From positions 1 through 28,308 of IMG/VR virus record IMGVR_UViG_3300012952_000092: 28,308 nt of DNA; one strand, written 5' to 3'. The notes beneath the pieces were generated by a model, which did not search any database, was not told where the DNA came from, and saw only the letters and a program-made list of their open reading frames with translations. Origin of the DNA: a virus (Duplodnaviria; Caudoviricetes). Numbering within the stretch: position 1 is the stretch's first letter; the number at the start of each line of letters is the position of its first letter. Position numbers and translations under genes: made by a program. This document shows positions 24,105-28,308 of this stretch, piece after piece.

Positions 24105-26345
24105 TTAAACTTTTCCAATAACTTCGTCAAAGGAAACACCTGTGCGTGTAGCAACAAATGTTAGACCTATGAAGTTAATAGATCTTGCTGGTTTAATATA
24201 GATGTCAGCAACAAACTCATTGCTGTCAATGATCGAAGGTGTGTTATTGGTCTCATCGCAGATAACGACGAAATCTTGAATACCACGCTTAGACTGTACA
24301 TCACGAAGGAATGGTTCAACAATGTTGATGAAATTAATTCTTGTAATTTCGTCGTTGAACTCAAAGAGTACATCTTTTGCTGCTGCAGCAATTGCTTTCT
24401 CAAGGAAGATAAACAATCTGCGAACATTGATTCTATCAAAGGCAGAAGACCTACCCAATCCAGTCTTATCACCAAACAGGATAATACCTGCACCAGGTGA
24501 GAAGATAATTGGATTGATTCTGTTAGAATACAATTTATCTCTATGTACTTTATTAGGTGCGTATGCTAGTTTAACAGCATTAAGAATAGCACCCCTTGCA
24601 GTTCCGCCTGGTGAGAACCAAGGGAAGTTATTAATATCGTTTCTTGCACATGCACCAGCGATGTCACCGTTCATAGGGACATATCTGAACTGTTGATTGA
24701 ACCTATCATACATGTACTTGTAACCACTATCTAAGATCGCATAGGAACTAGATGTGATTGGTGAGTAGTAACTAACAATGTTGTCAGTAACTGTATCTAC
24801 ATTTAACTGTAGTGATTCACCATTACCAGATGGACTCAAGAATGATCCTCTGAAAGGTGAGAGGAATGCGATTGCATCCTTTCTAAACTCGGCAATCTCA
24901 ATCAGTTTATTTGATAATGCTTGAGTTTCATACTTACCATGATTAGCACATCCTAATAGTAGGAAATCTACATCATAGAGATCTGGATCTCTTAGATAAT
25001 CATATGCTTCTGATAGAGCACCGATATCTAGATTTAATGCATTTGATGCATTGATATCTACAACACCATTATAGTTCTTACCACCTGCTAGTGTTCCAGC
25101 AAAGTTACCGATACAACTAAATGTAATGTTCTCAGTATTCTGATCCCATCCACCATCACCAAATACATCCCATTGATCAGTGTCAAATCCTGTAGTAACA
25201 ATACCAGCAGGAGCACTACCACCAAATAGGTTATCAGAACCAACTTCTAGTACCTTTCTCCAATATGATGCTGAACCAGCAGAGTATTGAGAGTCTTTTG
25301 CTTTAGATAAGTTAACATGTTTCTCTAGGATAGAACCTGAGTTACCAGTTAAAGTACCGCTATCGTCGTATGCAACAACATGTATTTCATCAAATCTAGA
25401 GTTTCTAGCAGCAGCATAAGATGATGTGCCAGGTTTCTCAGCAATTTGATTCCACTTAACAACAGTACCATTGTTTAGTGTGATTGTTTGTTGATCAAAC
25501 CAATCTTTAGAACCAGTGTATGTTGTTACACCACTGTATGTTGCAGGTGATAAACCTCTCCATGAACCGTATCTCCTTACTTCACCAGTGTGGATACCAA
25601 GATTACCAGTCTCAGAGAACTGATATGTACCTGCTTGTTGATAGTCAACAGCAGTTTCTGTGCCAGCACCAGATACATGAGAAACTAATTTAACTGTAAT
25701 TGCAGCGTTTCCAACTTCTGTAATTAATCCTTTTAAATATCCATCCAATACACTAGTTGAACCAGATCCAGCAATAACTGTGTTTGCAGGAACAGTTTGT
25801 GTTACAGCGTAACCAACTTGTAGATTAATAGGATCGATTGGAATGGTTGTAGAACCATAACCCAATACATCAGTGGTAACAATACCACTTAAAACTTGAT
25901 CGCCTTTGCCATCGATCATGGCAACTTTAATACCGTTTGACCATGAACCTGGATTTTTTGCAGCGAATGTAACACCAGCAAGGGTGTTCTCATTGTAACC
26001 AGCATCAGTGTAGTCATCTACACTTTTAATTTTAACGCTAGATGCTGTACCTACAAAACCATTTTTAAGTTCTTCGTCATCTGCTCTAACAACTCTCATA
26101 ACCCCACCATAGGCAAGGTAAGATGAAGCAGTTAACCAATACTCGTAATGGTTATCTTTAGGATATGGTTGTCCAAAGGTATCCAAGAGATCGGCTTCTG
26201 TCTCTATAAGTTGCGGTCTCTCTACTGGTCCTTTAGCAAAAGGAGCAGCTAGTCCAGCAGTTTTAGTTGATGTTGCATCAACTCTACCGTTGGTCAGGTC
26301 TACTTCCCTTACAACAATTCCAGGAGATGCTAAATTTAGTGGCAT
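24105..26345 (-). CDS. g18: Tail sheath protein gp18
   Basis: SPGIVVREVDLT, FAKGPV, KNPGSW, PWFSPGG, FGDKT, FDRINVRRLF, KPARSINFI. Confidence 0.97.
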   Translation of the reverse strand: MPLNLASPGIVVREVDLTNGRVDATSTKTAGLAAPFAKGPVERPQLIETEADLLDTFGQPYPKDNHYEYWLTASSYLAYGGVMRVVRADDEELKNGFVGTASSVKIKSVDDYTDAGYNENTLAGVTFAAKNPGSWSNGIKVAMIDGKGDQVLSGIVTTDVLGYGSTTIPIDPINLQVGYAVTQTVPANTVIAGSGSTSVLDGYLKGLITEVGNAAITVKLVSHVSGAGTETAVDYQQAGTYQFSETGNLGIHTGEVRRYGSWRGLSPATYSGVTTYTGSKDWFDQQTITLNNGTVVKWNQIAEKPGTSSYAAARNSRFDEIHVVAYDDSGTLTGNSGSILEKHVNLSKAKDSQYSAGSASYWRKVLEVGSDNLFGGSAPAGIVTTGFDTDQWDVFGDGGWDQNTENITFSCIGNFAGTLAGGKNYNGVVDINASNALNLDIGALSEAYDYLRDPDLYDVDFLLLGCANHGKYETQALSNKLIEIAEFRKDAIAFLSPFRGSFLSPSGNGESLQLNVDTVTDNIVSYYSPITSSSYAILDSGYKYMYDRFNQQFRYVPMNGDIAGACARNDINNFPWFSPGGTARGAILNAVKLAYAPNKVHRDKLYSNRINPIIFSPGAGIILFGDKTGLGRSSAFDRINVRRLFIFLEKAIAAAAKDVLFEFNDEITRINFINIVEPFLRDVQSKRGIQDFVVICDETNNTPSIIDSNEFVADIYIKPARSINFIGLTFVATRTGVSFDEVIGKV

Positions 26346-26382
26346 CTTTTTATCCCCTAATAGATTCCAATTTGTCTATCAT

Positions 26383-26396
26383 TATTTATTATTTAC
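26383..26396 (-). promoter_or_regulatory. Tandem late promoter boxes GTAAATA-ATAAATA
   Basis: In the intergenic region upstream of g18. Confidence 0.7.
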
Positions 26397-26426
26397 TAGT
26401 CTTTAAACGGGGAAACAGTGCATGAA

Positions 26427-26657
26427 CTACCAGTCTGGGTACACCCAGTTCATTGAGTCTTTCTTTCTACTAGCAGTTACTCTTGCAACTGTACATGACT
26501 TACACTCGTATGAATATGATGATGGAAGATGTGTACTATTCTTATGTGTTATATAAAATCCTTCTATTAAATTCTTGATACTACCACAGACTCTACATCG
26601 TCTTTCGCTCAGTAGTAATTCTCCATGATCGAATTGTTGGTCTAAGTCGAATTCCAT
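26427..26657 (-). CDS. Small Cys-rich zinc-finger-like protein
   Basis: CRVC...FY...SYECKSC, C-terminal YPDW. Start probably MEFDL (26657). Confidence 0.75.
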   Translation of the reverse strand: MEFDLDQQFDHGELLLSERRCRVCGSIKNLIEGFYITHKNSTHLPSSYSYECKSCTVARVTASRKKDSMNWVYPDW

Positions 26658-27070
26658 TGTTTTAAGATCCAACTGCTAGAGTTTTGTTTATGTGTTCCAC
26701 CAACTCCAAATGCAAATTGCACTCTAGGGTCTTTATCAAACTCGTCAATCTCAGGTATATTATCCTGTGTTCTATCTCCACCATTAGCAAATAAGACATC
26801 ATCAAATAGTACCAGAGTCTTTTTAATAAGATCTATAGAACTATTATTATCATCATTAAATGCTACAGCACTATCAACCATTCTCAATTCTCGAATGACT
26901 GCCATCCTTTCTTCTATGGGCATGAATGGTTTACCCTTCTTTCTAGTTAGCCATTCATCAGAGTTCAATCCTACTATGAGAATATCACCTAACTTCTTTG
27001 CTTCTTTAAAGTGTTCAATGTGTCCACTGTGGATAGGGTCAAATCCACCACTAACAATAACAACTCTCAT
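26642..27070 (-). CDS. Cytidylyltransferase-like nucleotidyltransferase (HIGH superfamily; TagD/RfaE-II-like)
   Basis: SGGFDPIHSGH, LIVGLNSD, RKKG, FANGGDR, NSSS. Confidence 0.88.
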   Translation of the reverse strand: MRVVIVSGGFDPIHSGHIEHFKEAKKLGDILIVGLNSDEWLTRKKGKPFMPIEERMAVIRELRMVDSAVAFNDDNNSSIDLIKKTLVLFDDVLFANGGDRTQDNIPEIDEFDKDPRVQFAFGVGGTHKQNSSSWILKQWNST

Positions 27071-27327
27071 TATTGCTCCTGTAGTTTTTCCATTACAGTT
27101 GTCTTTCCTATTGCTGGTATATCATTAAGACCATTAACATCAAACCAAGGTGCATCTTCCCAATCAAATCCTTCACCAAATGTATTATCAGGTGACATAA
27201 TATACCAATGACATTTTGCATCGGGTATATCAACGGCACATACTGCCCAGTCATCAGACCATTGTGGAACTTGTACCCACATGACTGCTGCTATTAGTAT
27301 AGAAGATAATAATCCCCAGTCTCTCAT
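27070..27327 (-). CDS. Small membrane-anchored/secreted hypothetical protein (85 aa)
   Basis: N-terminal hydrophobic helix and Trp/Asp-rich body with two Cys; TAATG overlaps at both ends. Confidence 0.7.
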   Translation of the reverse strand: MRDWGLLSSILIAAVMWVQVPQWSDDWAVCAVDIPDAKCHWYIMSPDNTFGEGFDWEDAPWFDVNGLNDIPAIGKTTVMEKLQEQ

Positions 27328-28308
27328 TACTTGTACTCCCACATAAAAGATCTATCACCATACTCATCAACCCTTGCCCATCTATCACCTTCCCCATCTA
27401 CAAACTCATCTTCATCATCTAAACCATCAGACATAAATCCAAAAGGAGCCATGTCCTGTTCAATCTGATTCTTTTGTTCTTCATAGATGCGTTTACGAAC
27501 ATCTGTGTCTGTCATCTCCTTGAAGTAATCTTGTGCTACTAACCAAGCAAAGATAACTAAACACATTGCTAAGTCATCATGGCAACCATCTTCTGCCTCC
27601 CATGATTGTTTCTTTTGAACAAAGGTTGTTAGTTCTGCGATAATATCATAATCGTTCGTTACTATTTTATCATCTTCCATTAAAGTTTTCAAGTTAGAAC
27701 AACCTAACTTTTTAACTGCTGCAGTCATCCTAACACCCATTTGTGTTTTACTACCTGAGAATCCTGATCCTACTTGTTGACCATTCCTTCCTCTCATAGC
27801 ACACATCAGTAGATTTTCATACTCCAAATCATAATTCATAATGCTCGCTACCTGCTCTCCTATGTCATTGATCTCAATCAAAACATATGCTTGGTTGTAA
27901 GCATTGGCAATATCCATTATAATATTTGGAAATAGCATAGGTTTAATTTCATTATTCCTATACTTTGCTACAGTCCTATGTGGGAATGTAGTGATGTCAA
28001 ACACAATAAAACAAGAGTAATCATGATCTATTCCTCTAGCAGTATCAACCGTAATAATATAATCGTTACCTTTTATAGGTTGCTCATATATTACCAATCC
28101 CTTTCCATTATTTTGTATTGGATCTTCAAAGACAAGGTTTCTTAACTTACTAACACTAATAAGAGTGTCAACAGATCCTAAGAACTCACATTCAAACTCA
28201 ACCTTAAACTGTTGTTCAGATGTGTTCTTAATAGTCTGTTCCTTCCACTTAGCATCCCTACCAGGTACTTCTGACCAGTGGACTTCAGTAGCAGTGTATT
28301 CATTCTTA
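27327..28308 (-). CDS. g17: Terminase large subunit gp17 (3' part; starts beyond the right edge)
   Basis: The frame is open from the window edge: EVHWSEVPGRD...FECEFLGS...VDTARG..DYS...EIND.G...HDDLAM (RNase H-like nuclease domain). Confidence 0.96.
   Translation of the reverse strand, partial: KNEYTATEVHWSEVPGRDAKWKEQTIKNTSEQQFKVEFECEFLGSVDTLISVSKLRNLVFEDPIQNNGKGLVIYEQPIKGNDYIITVDTARGIDHDYSCFIVFDITTFPHRTVAKYRNNEIKPMLFPNIIMDIANAYNQAYVLIEINDIGEQVASIMNYDLEYENLLMCAMRGRNGQQVGSGFSGSKTQMGVRMTAAVKKLGCSNLKTLMEDDKIVTNDYDIIAELTTFVQKKQSWEAEDGCHDDLAMCLVIFAWLVAQDYFKEMTDTDVRKRIYEEQKNQIEQDMAPFGFMSDGLDDEDEFVDGEGDRWARVDEYGDRSFMWEYK

Noticed and set aside
2435-24493. Alternative-frame minus-strand ORFs (2435-2737, 4903-5103, 12789-13115, 17916-18131, 18138-18353, 22250-22498, 24167-24493)
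   Set aside because: They are nested in conserved core genes; 17916-18131 also runs through the g23 terminator. There is no independent support.
2176-27211. All plus-strand ORFs in the track (e.g. 2176-2526, 2448-2840, 8547-8945, 20685-21035, 23705-24091)
   Set aside because: They are antisense shadows of well-supported minus-strand genes, Ser/Leu-rich, with no recognisable motifs.
10138-28308. Inteins, introns or homing endonucleases in g46, uvsW, g20, g23, g18 or g17
   Set aside because: The frames are continuous, lengths look ordinary, and I saw no splice-junction, LAGLIDADG, HNH or GIY-YIG motifs.
1-28308. CRISPR array, long tandem repeats or stop-codon reassignment
   Set aside because: No regularly spaced repeats were seen by eye. 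Genes are full-length under the standard code with all three stops in use, and no suppressor tRNA is present.

Overview
A 28.3 kb AT-rich segment of a T4-like marine cyanophage (cyanomyovirus, probably infecting Prochlorococcus/Synechococcus). All credible genes are on the minus strand. In transcription order (right to left) it holds: the 3' part of terminase g17; a small insert (membrane ORF, cytidylyltransferase, Cys-rich ORF); the structural block g18-g19-g20-core-g21-g22-g23 with T4-type late promoters and a terminator; three tRNAs (Ile-UAU, Arg-UCU, Leu-UAA); a candidate kissing-loop/pseudoknot RNA; g3, uvsY, uvsW, g55, g47, g46; an island with its own promoters (CobT-like VWA/peptidase, an orphan gene, CobS-like AAA+) flanked by two 2OG-Fe(II) oxygenases; g45, g44, dam; and the 5' part of a NodU-type carbamoyltransferase. 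The most notable unexplained signals are non-coding: the structured RNA after the tRNAs, twin palindrome-bearing promoters of cobT/cobS, an operator-like inverted repeat over the orphan gene's promoter, and a near-consensus antisense promoter back-to-back with the g55 promoter. Protein calls come from motif recognition and gene order only; no database searches were run.
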